A stretch of 64,000 bases of DNA from Gordius albopunctatus (Eukaryota), in NCBI GenBank assembly GCA_964276515.1, contig OZ193909.1, positions 9,858,001 to 9,922,000 on the forward strand. The letters run 5' to 3'. The notes under the pieces are model-generated. The model ran no database searches, had not been told where the DNA came from, and saw only the letters and a program-made list of their open reading frames with translations. This document shows, piece by piece, positions 52,301-64,000 of the stretch. Made by a program: the position numbers and the translations under genes. Numbering within the stretch: position 1 is the stretch's first letter; each line of letters starts with the position of its first letter.

Positions 52301-55300
52301 TAAATCACGATCAAATAAGAGTTTGTTTCTCAAAAACTAGAGACACGCTTAGAAAGCGATTTTGAAACAATCTAAACGCAACACGAAAAGTTTAGTTTCT
52401 CTCAATCTAAAACCTCCTTTCGTGCAAAAATTATCATACGGATTCTAACAAGGACATAATGCTAAGAATATTTACTAACTTTTAAAGATTCTTTCAGCCC
52501 CCTTTCGAAAGAATATGAAAATAAATATTTTTTTCGACCTCAGAATGTTTCAATTTATTTGTTCAACAATAAAGCCGTCATGAAAGTTTTTGATATCAGA
52601 GGTCAATTAGTGAAAAAAATTTTTGATCAGTCCTCAAAAGTTTTTAACTTTAAATCACGATCAAATAAGAGTTTGTTTCTCAAAAACTAGAGACACGCTT
52701 AGAAAGCGATTTTGAAAAAATCTAAACGCAACACGAAAAGTTTACTTTCTGTCAATCTAAAACTTCCCCCCGTGCAAAAATTCTTCTCGGGATTCTAACA
52801 AGGACATAATGCTAAGAATATTTACTAACTTTTAAAGATTCTTTCAGCTCCCTTTCGAAAGAATATCAAAATAAATATTTTTTTCGACCTCAGAATGTTT
52901 CAATTTTTTTGTTCAACAATATAGCCGTCATGAAAGTTTTTGATATCAGAGGTCAATTAGTGAAAAAATTTTTTGATCAGTCCTCAAAAGTTTTTAACTT
53001 TAAATCACGATCAAATAAGAGTTTGTTTCTCAAAAACTAGAGACACGCTTAGAAAGCGATTTTGAAACAATCTAAACGCAACACGAAAAGTTTAGTTTCT
53101 CTCAATCTAAAACCTCCTTTCGTGCAAAAATTCTTCTCGGGATTCTAACAAGGACATAATGCTAAGAATATTTACTAACTTTTAAAGATTCTTTCAGCCC
53201 CCTTTCGAAAGAATATGAAAATAAATATTTTTTTCGACCTCAGAATGTTTCAATTTTTTTGTTCAACAATATAGCCGTCATGAAAGTTTTTGATATCAGA
53301 GGTCAATTAGTGAAAAAATTTTTTGATCAGTCCTCAAAATTTTTTAACTTTAAATCACGATCATAAGAGTTTGTTTCACAAAAACTAGAGACACGCTTAG
53401 AAAGCGATTTTGAAACAATCTAAACACAACACGAAAAGTTTACTTTCTGTCAATCTAAAACTTCCCCCCGTGCAAAAATTCTTCTCGGGATTCTAACAAG
53501 GACATAATGCTAAGAATATTTACTAACTTTTAAAGATTCTTTCAGCCCCCTTTCGAAAGAATATGAAAATAAATATTTTTTTCGACCTCAGAATGTTTCA
53601 ATTTTTTTGTTCAACAATATAGCCGTCATGAAAGTTTTTGATATCAGAGGTCAATTAGTGAAAAAATTTTTTGATCAGTCCTCAAAATTTTTTAACTTTA
53701 AATCACGATCATAAGAGTTTGTTTCACAAAAACTAGAGACACGCTTAGAAAGCGATTTTGAAACAATCTAAAAACGCAACACGAAAAGTTTAGTTTCTCT
53801 CAATCTAAAACCTCCCTTCGTGCAAAAATTATCATACGGATTCTAACAAGGACATAATGCTAAGAATATTTACAAACTTTTAAAGATTCTTTCAGCCCCC
53901 TTTTGATAGAATATGAAAAAAAATATTTTTTTCGACCTAAAAATTTTTTCAATTTTTTTGTTCAACAATATAGCCGTCATGAAAGTTTTTGATATCAGAG
54001 GTCAATTAGTGAAAAAATTTTTTGATCAGTCCTCAAAAGTTTTTAACTTTAAATCACGATCAAATAAGAGTTTGTTTCTCAAAAACTAGAGACACGCTTA
54101 GAAAGCGATTTTGAAACAATCTAAACGCAACACGAAAAGTTTAGTTTCTCTCAATCTAAAACCTCCTTTCGTGCAAAAATTCTTCTCGGGATTCTAACAA
54201 GGACATAATGCTAAGAATATTTACTAACTTTTAAAGATTCTTTCAGCCCCCTTTCGAAAGAATATGAAAATAAATATTTTTTTCGACCTCAGAATGTTTC
54301 AATTTTTTTGTTCAACAATATAGCCGTCATGAAAGTTTTTGATATCAGAGGTCAATTAGTGAAAAAATTTTTTGATCAGTCCTCAAAATTTTTTAACTTT
54401 AAATCACGATCATAAGAGTTTGTTTCTCAAAAACTAGAGACACGCTTAGAAAGCGATTTTGAAAAAATCTAAACGCAACACGAAAAGTTTACTTTCTGTC
54501 AATCTAAAACTTCCCCCCGTGCAAAAATTCTTCTCGGGATTCTAACAAGGACATAATGCTAAGAATATTTACTAACTTTTAAAGATTCTTTCAGCTCCCT
54601 TTCGAAAGAATATCAAAATAAATATTTTTTTCGACCTCAGAATGTTTCAATTTTTTTGTTCAACAATATAGCCGTCATGAAAGTTTTTGATATCAGAGGT
54701 CAATTAGTGAAAAAATTTTTTGATCAGTCCTCAAAAGTTTTTAACTTTAAATCACGATCAAATAAGAGTTTGTTTCTCAAAAACTAGAGACACGCTTAGA
54801 AAGCGATTTTGAAACAATCTAAACGCAACACGAAAAGTTTAGTTTCTCTCAATCTAAAACCTCCTTTCGTGCAAAAATTCTTCTCGGGATTCTAACAAGG
54901 ACATAATGCTAAGAATATTTACTAACTTTTAAAGATTCTTTCAGCCCCCTTTCGAAAGAATATGAAAATAAATATTTTTTTCGACCTCAGAATGTTTCAA
55001 TTTTTTTGTTCAACAATATAGCCGTCATGAAAGTTTTTGATATCAGAGGTCAATTAGTGAAAAAATTTTTTGATCAGTCCTCAAAATTTTTTAACTTTAA
55101 ATCACGATCATAAGAGTTTGTTTCACAAAAACTAGAGACACGCTTAGAAAGCGATTTTGAAACAATCTAAACACAACACGAAAAGTTTACTTTCTGTCAA
55201 TCTAAAACTTCCCCCCGGGCAAAAATTCTTCTCGGGATTCTAACAAGGACATAATGCTAAGAATATTTACAAACTTTTAAAGATTCTTTCAGCCCCCTTT

Positions 55301-58300
55301 TGATAGAATATGAAAAAAAATATTTTTTTCGACCTCAAAATGTTTCAATTTTTTTGTTCAACAATATAGCCGTCATGAAAGTTTTTATATCAGAGGTCAA
55401 CTAGTGAAAAAATTTTTTGATCAGTCCTCAAAAGTTTTTAACTTTAAATCACGATCAAATAAGAGTTTGTTTCTCAAAAACTAGAGACACGCTTAGAAAG
55501 CGATTTTGAAACAATCTAAAAACGCAACACGAAAAGTTTAGTTTCTCTCAATCTAAAACCTCCCTTCGTGCAAAAATTATCATACGGATTCTAACAAGGA
55601 CATAATGCTAAGAATATTTACAAACTTTTAAAGATTCTTTCAGCCCCCTTTTGATAGAATATGAAAAAAAATATTTTTTTCGACCTAAAAATTTTTTCAA
55701 TTTTTTTGTTCAACAATAAAGCCGTCATGAAAGTTTTTGATATCAGAGGTCAATTAGTGAAAAAATTTTTTGATCAGTCCTCAAAATTTTTTAACTTTAA
55801 ATCACGATCATAAGAGTTTGTTTCACAAAAACTAGAGACACGCTTAGAAAGCGATTTTGAAACAATCTAAACACAACACGAAAAGTTTACTTTCTGTCAA
55901 TCTAAAACCTCCCCCCGTGCAAAAATTATCATACGGATTCTAACAAGGACATATTGCTAAGAATATTTACTAACTTTTAAAGATTCTTTCAGCCCCCTTT
56001 CGAAAGAATATGAAAATAAATATTTTTTTCGACCTCAAAATGTTTCAATTTTTTTGTTCAACAATATAGCCGTCATGAAAGTTTTTGATATCAGAGGTCA
56101 ATTAGTGAAAAAAATTTTTGATCAGTCCTCAAAAGTTTTTAACTTTAAATCACGATCAAATAAGAGTTTGTTTCTCAAAAACTAGAGACACGCTTAGAAA
56201 GCGATTTTGAAACAATCTAAACGCAACACGAAAAGTTTAGTTTCTCTCAATCTAAAACCTCCTTTCGTGCAAAAATTATCATACGGATTCTAACAAGGAC
56301 ATAATGCTAAGAATATTTACTAACTTTTAAAGATTATTTCAGCCCCCTTTCGAAAGAATATGAAAATAAATATTTTTTTCGACCTCAGAATGTTTCAATT
56401 TTTTTGTTCAACAATATAGCCGTCATGAAAGTTTTTGATATCAGAGGTCAATTAGTGAAAAAATTTTTTGATCAGTCCTCAAAATTTTTTAACTTTAAAT
56501 CACGATCATAAGAGTTTGTTTCACAAAAACTAGAGACACGCTTAGAAAGCGATTTTGAAACAATCTAAAAACGCAACACGAAAAGTTTAGTTTCTCTCAA
56601 TCTAAAACCTCCCTTCGTGCAAAAATTATCATACGGATTCTAACAAGGACATAATGCTAAGAATATTTACAAACTTTTAAAGATTCTTTCAGCCCCCTTT
56701 TGATAGAATATGAAAAAAAATATTTTTTTCGACCTAAAAATTTTTTCAATTTTTTTGTTCAACAATAAAGCCGTCATGAAAGTTTTTGATATCAGAGGTC
56801 AATTAGTGAAAAAAATGTTTGATCAGTCCTCAAAAGTTTTTAACTTTAAATCACGATCAAATAAGAGTTTGTTTCTCAAAAACTAGAGACACGCTTAGAA
56901 AGCGATTTTGAAACAATCTAAACGCAACACGAAAAGTTTAGTTTCTCTCAATCTAAAACCTCCTTTCGTGCAAAAATTATCATACGGATTCTAACAAGGA
57001 CATAATGCTAAGAATATTTACTAACTTTTAAAGATTATTTCAGCCCCCTTTCGAAAGAATATGAAAATAAATATTTTTTTCGACCTCAGAATGTTTCAAT
57101 TTTTTTGTTCAACAATATAGCCGTCATGAAAGTTTTTGATATCAGAGGTCAATTAGTGAAAAATTTTTTTGATCAGTCCTCAAAATTTTTTAACTTTAAA
57201 TCACGATCATAAGAGTTTGTTTCACAAAAACTAGAGACACGCTTAGAAAGCGATTTTGAAACAATCTAAACACAACACGAAAAGTTTACTTTCTGTCAAT
57301 CTAAAACCTCCCCCCGTGCAAAAATTATCATACGGATTCTAACAAGGACATATTGCTAAGAATATTTACTAACTTTTAAAGATTCTTTCAGCCCCCTTTC
57401 GAAAGAATATGAAAATAAATATTTTTTTCGACCTCAAAATGTTTCAATTTTTTTGTTCAACAATATAGCCGTCATGAAAGTTTTTGATATCAGAGGTCAA
57501 TTAGTGAAAAAAATTTTTGATCAGTCCTCAAAAGTTTTTAACTTTAAATCACGATCAAATAAGAGTTTGTTTCTCAAAAACTAGAGACACGCTTAGAAAG
57601 CGATTTTGAAACAATCTAAACGCAACACGAAAAGTTTAGTTTCTCTCAATCTAAAACCTCCTTTCGTGCAAAAATTATCATACGGATTCTAACAAGGACA
57701 TAATGCTAAGAATATTTACTAACTTTTAAAGATTATTTCAGCCCCCTTTCGAAAGAATATGAAAATAAATATTTTTTTCGACCTCAGAATGTTTCAATTT
57801 TTTTGTTCAACAATATAGCCGTCATGAAAGTTTTTGATATCAGAGGTCAATTAGTGAAAAAATTTTTTGATCAGTCCTCAAAATTTTTTAACTTTAAATC
57901 ACGATCATAAGAGTTTGTTTCACAAAAACTAGAGACACGCTTAGAAAGCGATTTTGAAACAATCTAAAAACGCAACACGAAAAGTTTAGTTTCTCTCAAT
58001 CTAAAACCTCCCTTCGTGCAAAAATTATCATACGGATTCTAACAAGGACATAATGCTAAGAATATTTACAAACTTTTAAAGATTCTTTCAGCCCCCTTTT
58101 GATAGAATATGAAAAAAAATATTTTTTTCGACCTAAAAATTTTTTCAATTTTTTTGTTCAACAATAAAGCCGTCATGAAAGTTTTTGATATCAGAGGTCA
58201 ATTAGTGAAAAAAATGTTTGATCAGTCCTCAAAAGTTTTTAACTTTAAATCACGATCAAATAAGAGTTTGTTTCTCAAAAACTAGAGACACGCTTAGAAA

Positions 58301-61300
58301 GCGATTTTGAAACAATCTAAACGCAACACGAAAAGTTTAGTTTCTCTCAATCTAAAACCTCCTTTCGTGCAAAAATTATCATACGGATTCTAACAAGGAC
58401 ATAATGCTAAGAATATTTACTAACTTTTAAAGATTATTTCAGCCCCCTTTCGAAAGAATATGAAAATAAATATTTTTTTCGACCTCAGAATGTTTCAATT
58501 TTTTTGTTCAACAATATAGCCGTCATGAAAGTTTTTGATATCAGAGGTCAATTAGTGAAAAATTTTTTTGATCAGTCCTCAAAATTTTTTAACTTTAAAT
58601 CACGATCATAAGAGTTTGTTTCACAAAAACTAGAGACACGCTTAGAAAGCGATTTTGAAACAATCTAAACACAACACGAAAAGTTTACTTTCTGTCAATC
58701 TAAAACTTCCCCCCGTGCAAAAATTCTTCTCGGGATTCTAACAAGGACATAATGCTAAGAATATTTACAAACTTTTAAAGATTCTTTCAGCCCCCTTTTG
58801 ATAGAATATGAAAAAAAATATTTTTTTCGACCTCAAAATGTTTCAATTTTTTTGTTCAACAATATAGCCGTCATGAAAGTTTTTATATCAGAGGTCAACT
58901 AGTAAAAAAATTTTTTGATCAGTCCTCAAAAGTTTTTAACTTTAAATCACGATCAAATAAGAGTTTGTTTCTCAAAAACTAGAGACACGCTTAGAAAGCG
59001 ATTTTGAAACAATCTAAACGCAACACGAAAAGTTTAGTTTCTCTCAATCTAAAACCTCCTTTCGTGCAAAAATTATCATACGGATTCTAACAAGGACATA
59101 ATGCTAAGAATATTTACTAACTTTTAAAGATTCTTTCAGCCCCCTTTCGAAAGAATATGAAAATAAATATTTTTTTCGACCTCAGAATATTTCAATTTTT
59201 TTGTTCAACAATATAGCCGTCATGAAAGTTTTTGATATCAGAGGTCAATTAGTGAAAAAATTTTTTGATCAGTCCTCAAAATTTTTTAACTTTAAATCAC
59301 GATCATAAGAGTTTGTTTCACAAAAACTAGAGACACGCTTAGAAAGCGATTTTGAAACAATCTAAACACAACACGAAAAGTTTACTTTCTGTCAATCTAA
59401 AACTTCCCCCCGTGCAAAAATTCTTCTCGGGATTCTAACAAGGACATAATGCTAAGAATATTTACAAACTTTTAAAGATTCTTTCAGCCCCCTTTTGATA
59501 GAATATGAAAAAAAATATTTTTTTCGACCTCAAAATGTTTCAATTTTTTTGTTCAACAATATAGCCGTCATGAAAGTTTTTATATCAGAGGTCAACTAGT
59601 GAAAAAATTTTTTGATCAGTCCTCAAAAGTTTTTAACTTTAAATCACGATCAAATAAGAGTTTGTTTCTCAAAAACTAGAGACACGCTTAGAAAGCGATT
59701 TTGAAACAATCTAAAAACGCAACACGAAAAGTTTAGTTTCTCTCAATCTAAAACCTCCCTTCGTGCAAAAATTATCATACGGATTCTAACAAGGACATAA
59801 TGCTAAGAATATTTACAAACTTTTAAAGATTCTTTCAGCCCCCTTTTGATAGAATATGAAAAAAAATATTTTTTTCGACCTAAAAATTTTTTCAATTTTT
59901 TTGTTCAACAATAAAGCCGTCATGAAAGTTTTTGATATCAGAGGTCAATTAGTGAAAAAAATGTTTGATCAGTCCTCAAAAGTTTTTAACTTTAAATCAC
60001 GATCAAATAAGAGTTTGTTTCTCAAAAACTAGAGACACGCTTAGAAAGCGATTTTGAAAAAATCTAAACGCAACACGAAAAGTTTACTTTCTGTCAATCT
60101 AAAACTTCCCCCCGTGCAAAAATTCTTCTCGGGATTCTAACAAGGACATAATGCTAAGAATATTTACAAACTTTTAAAGATTCTTTCAGCCCCCTTTTGA
60201 TAGAATATGAAAAAAAATATTTTTTTCGACCTCAAAATGTTTCAATTTTTTTGTTCAACAATATAGCCGTCATGAAAGTTTTTATATCAGAGGTCAACTA
60301 GTGAAAAAATTTTTTGATCAGTCCTCAAAAGTTTTTAACTTTAAATCACGATCAAATAAGAGTTTGTTTCTCAAAAACTAGAGACACGCTTAGAAAGCGA
60401 TTTTGAAACAATCTAAACGCAACACGAAAAGTTTAGTTTCTCTCAATCTAAAACCTCCTTTCGTGCAAAAATTATCATACGGATTCTAACAAGGACATAA
60501 TGCTAAGAATATTTACTAACTTTTAAAGATTCTTTCAGCCCCCTTTCGAAAGAATATGAAAATAAATATTTTTTTCGACCTCAGAATGTTTCAATTTTTT
60601 TGTTCAACAATAAAGCCGTCATGAAAGTTTTTGATATCAGAGGTCAATTAGTGAAAAAAATTTTTGATCAGTCCTCAAAAGTTTTTAACTTTAAATCACG
60701 ATCAAATAAGAGTTTGTTTCTCAAAAACTAGAGACACGCTTAGAAAGCGATTTTGAAACAATCTAAACGCAACACGAAAAGTTTAGTTTCTCTCAATCTA
60801 AAACCTCCTTTCGTGCAAAAATTATCATACGGATTCTAACAAGGACATAATGCTAAGAATATTTACTAACTTTTAAAGATTCTTTCAGCCCCCTTTCGAA
60901 AGAATATGAAAATAAATATTTTTTTCGACCTCAGAATGTTTCAATTTATTTGTTCAACAATAAAGCCGTCATGAAAGTTTTTGATATCAGAGGTCAATTA
61001 GTGAAAAAAATTTTTGATCAGTCCTCAAAAGTTTTTAACTTTAAATCACGATCAAATAAGAGTTTGTTTCTCAAAAACTAGAGACACGCTTAGAAAGCGA
61101 TTTTGAAAAAATCTAAACGCAACACGAAAAGTTTACTTTCTGTCAATCTAAAACTTCCCCCCGTGCAAAAATTCTTCTCGGGATTCTAACAAGGACATAA
61201 TGCTAAGAATATTTACTAACTTTTAAAGATTCTTTCAGCTCCCTTTCGAAAGAATATCAAAATAAATATTTTTTTCGACCTCAGAATGTTTCAATTTTTT

Positions 61301-62816
61301 TGTTCAACAATATAGCCGTCATGAAAGTTTTTGATATCAGAGGTCAATTAGTGAAAAAATTTTTTGATCAGTCCTCAAAAGTTTTTAACTTTAAATCACG
61401 ATCAAATAAGAGTTTGTTTCTCAAAAACTAGAGACACGCTTAGAAAGCGATTTTGAAACAATCTAAACGCAACACGAAAAGTTTAGTTTCTCTCAATCTA
61501 AAACCTCCTTTCGTGCAAAAATTCTTCTCGGGATTCTAACAAGGACATAATGCTAAGAATATTTACTAACTTTTAAAGATTCTTTCAGCCCCCTTTCGAA
61601 AGAATATGAAAATAAATATTTTTTTCGACCTCAGAATGTTTCAATTTTTTTGTTCAACAATATAGCCGTCATGAAAGTTTTTGATATCAGAGGTCAATTA
61701 GTGAAAAAATTTTTTGATCAGTCCTCAAAATTTTTTAACTTTAAATCACGATCATAAGAGTTTGTTTCACAAAAACTAGAGACACGCTTAGAAAGCGATT
61801 TTGAAACAATCTAAACACAACACGAAAAGTTTACTTTCTGTCAATCTAAAACTTCCCCCCGTGCAAAAATTCTTCTCGGGATTCTAACAAGGACATAATG
61901 CTAAGAATATTTACTAACTTTTAAAGATTCTTTCAGCCCCCTTTCGAAAGAATATGAAAATAAATATTTTTTTCGACCTCAGAATGTTTCAATTTTTTTG
62001 TTCAACAATATAGCCGTCATGAAAGTTTTTGATATCAGAGGTCAATTAGTGAAAAAATTTTTTGATCAGTCCTCAAAATTTTTTAACTTTAAATCACGAT
62101 CATAAGAGTTTGTTTCACAAAAACTAGAGACACGCTTAGAAAGCGATTTTGAAACAATCTAAAAACGCAACACGAAAAGTTTAGTTTCTCTCAATCTAAA
62201 ACCTCCCTTCGTGCAAAAATTATCATACGGATTCTAACAAGGACATAATGCTAAGAATATTTACAAACTTTTAAAGATTCTTTCAGCCCCCTTTTGATAG
62301 AATATGAAAAAAAATATTTTTTTCGACCTAAAAATTTTTTCAATTTTTTTGTTCAACAATATAGCCGTCATGAAAGTTTTTGATATCAGAGGTCAATTAG
62401 TGAAAAAATTTTTTGATCAGTCCTCAAAAGTTTTTAACTTTAAATCACGATCAAATAAGAGTTTGTTTCTCAAAAACTAGAGACACGCTTAGAAAGCGAT
62501 TTTGAAACAATCTAAACGCAACACGAAAAGTTTAGTTTCTCTCAATCTAAAACCTCCTTTCGTGCAAAAATTCTTCTCGGGATTCTAACAAGGACATAAT
62601 GCTAAGAATATTTACTAACTTTTAAAGATTCTTTCAGCCCCCTTTCGAAAGAATATGAAAATAAATATTTTTTTCGACCTCAGAATGTTTCAATTTTTTT
62701 GTTCAACAATATAGCCGTCATGAAAGTTTTTGATATCAGAGGTCAATTAGTGAAAAAATTTTTTGATCAGTCCTCAAAATTTTTTAACTTTAAATCACGA
62801 TCATAAGAGTTTGTTT
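46022..62816 (-). repeat. 24-monomer tandem block duplication, period 8390-8391 bp
   Basis: Private variants CCCCCCGGGC at 46821/55211 and CAATTTATTT at 52551/60942, plus CAGCTCCC at 46202/54592 and CATATTGC at 47560/55950. Confidence 0.88.
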
Positions 62817-64000
62817 CACAAAAACTAGAGACACGCTTAGAAAGCGATTTTGAAACAATCTAAACACAACACGAAAAGTTTACTTTCTGTCAATCTAAAA
62901 CTTCCCCCCGTGCAAAAATTCTTCTCGGGATTCTAACAAGGACATAATGCTAAGAATATTTACAAACTTTTAAAGATTCTTTACCCCCTTTCGAAAGAAT
63001 ATGAAAATAAATATTTTTTTCGACCTCAAAATGTTTCAATTTTTTTGTTCAACAATATAGCCGTCATGAAAGTTTTTGATATCAGAGGTCAACTAGTGAA
63101 AAAATTTTTTGATCAGTCCTCAAAAGTTTTTAACTTTAAATCACGATCAAATAAGAGTTTGTTTCTCAAAAACTAGAGACACGCTTAGAAAGCGATTTTG
63201 AAACAATCTAAACGCAACACGAAAAGTTTAGTTTCTCTCAATCTAAAACCTCCCTTCGTGCAAAAATTATCATACGAATTCTAACAAGGACATAATGCTA
63301 AGAATATTTACAAACTTTTAAAGATTCTTTCAGCCCCCTTTTGATAGAATATGAAAAAAAATATTTTTTTCGACCTAAAAATTTTTTCAATTTTTTTGTT
63401 CAACAATATAGCCGTCATGAAAGTTTTTGATATCAGAGGTCAATTAGTGAAAAAATTTTTTGATCAGTCCTCAAAAGTTTTTAACTTTAAATCACGATCA
63501 AATAAGAGTTTGTTTCTCAAAAACTAGAGACACGCTTAGAAAGCGATTTTGAAACAATCTAAACGCAACACGAAAAGTTTAGTTTCTCTCAATCTAAAAC
63601 CTCCTTTCGTGCAAAAATTCTTCTCGGGATTCTAACAAGGACATAATGCTAAGAATATTTACTAACTTTTAAAGATTCTTTCAGCCCCCTTTCGAAAGAA
63701 TATGAAAATAAATATTTTTTTCGACCTCAGAATGTTTCAATTTTTTTGTTCAACAATATAGCCGTCATGAAAGTTTTTGATATCAGAGGTCAATTAGTGA
63801 AAAAATTTTTTGATCAGTCCTCAAAAGTTTTTAACTTTAAATCACGATCATAAGAGTTTGTTTCACAAAAACTAGAGACACGCTTAGAAAGCGATTTTGA
63901 AACAATCTAAACACAACACGAAAAGTTTACTTTCTGTCAATCTAAAACTTCCCCCCGTGCAAAAATTCTTCTCGGGATTCTAACAAGGACATAATGCTAA

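Larger units (their letters stand above)
40133..64000 (-). repeat. Tandem satellite array, right block: same family in reverse-complement orientation, long (~350 bp) monomers only, about 68 copies
   Basis: CTAGAGACACGCTTAGAAAGCGATTTTGAAACAATCTAA (reverse complement of the left motif) recurs about every 350 bp. Every monomer I read carries the 76-bp segment (GGATTCTAACAAGGACATAATGCTAAGAATATTTAC). Confidence 0.99.

Noticed and set aside
1..64000. CRISPR-like or cassette-array interpretation, with the 76-bp segment as a spacer
   Set aside because: The segment is nearly identical in every copy. There are no unique spacers, leader, cas genes or integrase.
1..64000. Assignment to a named satellite family or species
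   Set aside because: The monomer length resembles several known 340-360-bp satellites, but I do not recognise the sequence. A BLAST, Dfam or Repbase search is needed.

Overview
The whole window is one AT-rich eukaryotic-type satellite DNA family (about 30% GC: 103 G+C in the 349-bp monomer 111-459, counted by hand), probably centromeric or pericentromeric. I found no supportable genes, RNA genes, transposons or CRISPR arrays. The left array (1-39932) is a head-to-tail mix of two monomer lengths: long (about 346-350 bp) and short (about 270-274 bp). The short form lacks a 76-bp segment. A 200-N scaffold gap follows (39933-40132). The right array (40133-64000) is the same family on the opposite strand, made only of long monomers (about 350 bp) with its own diagnostic variants. 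Both arrays contain nested higher-order repeats (HORs) and block duplications. Left periods are about 3024, 3498, 1166 and 11043/11315 bp; right periods are about 1399, 3496 and 8390 bp. Recombinant monomers mark crossover and conversion points. The ORF track only mirrors the repeat unit. The interest here is satellite architecture and evolution, not a new gene system. All periods were measured by eye from shared rare variants and should be confirmed computationally.
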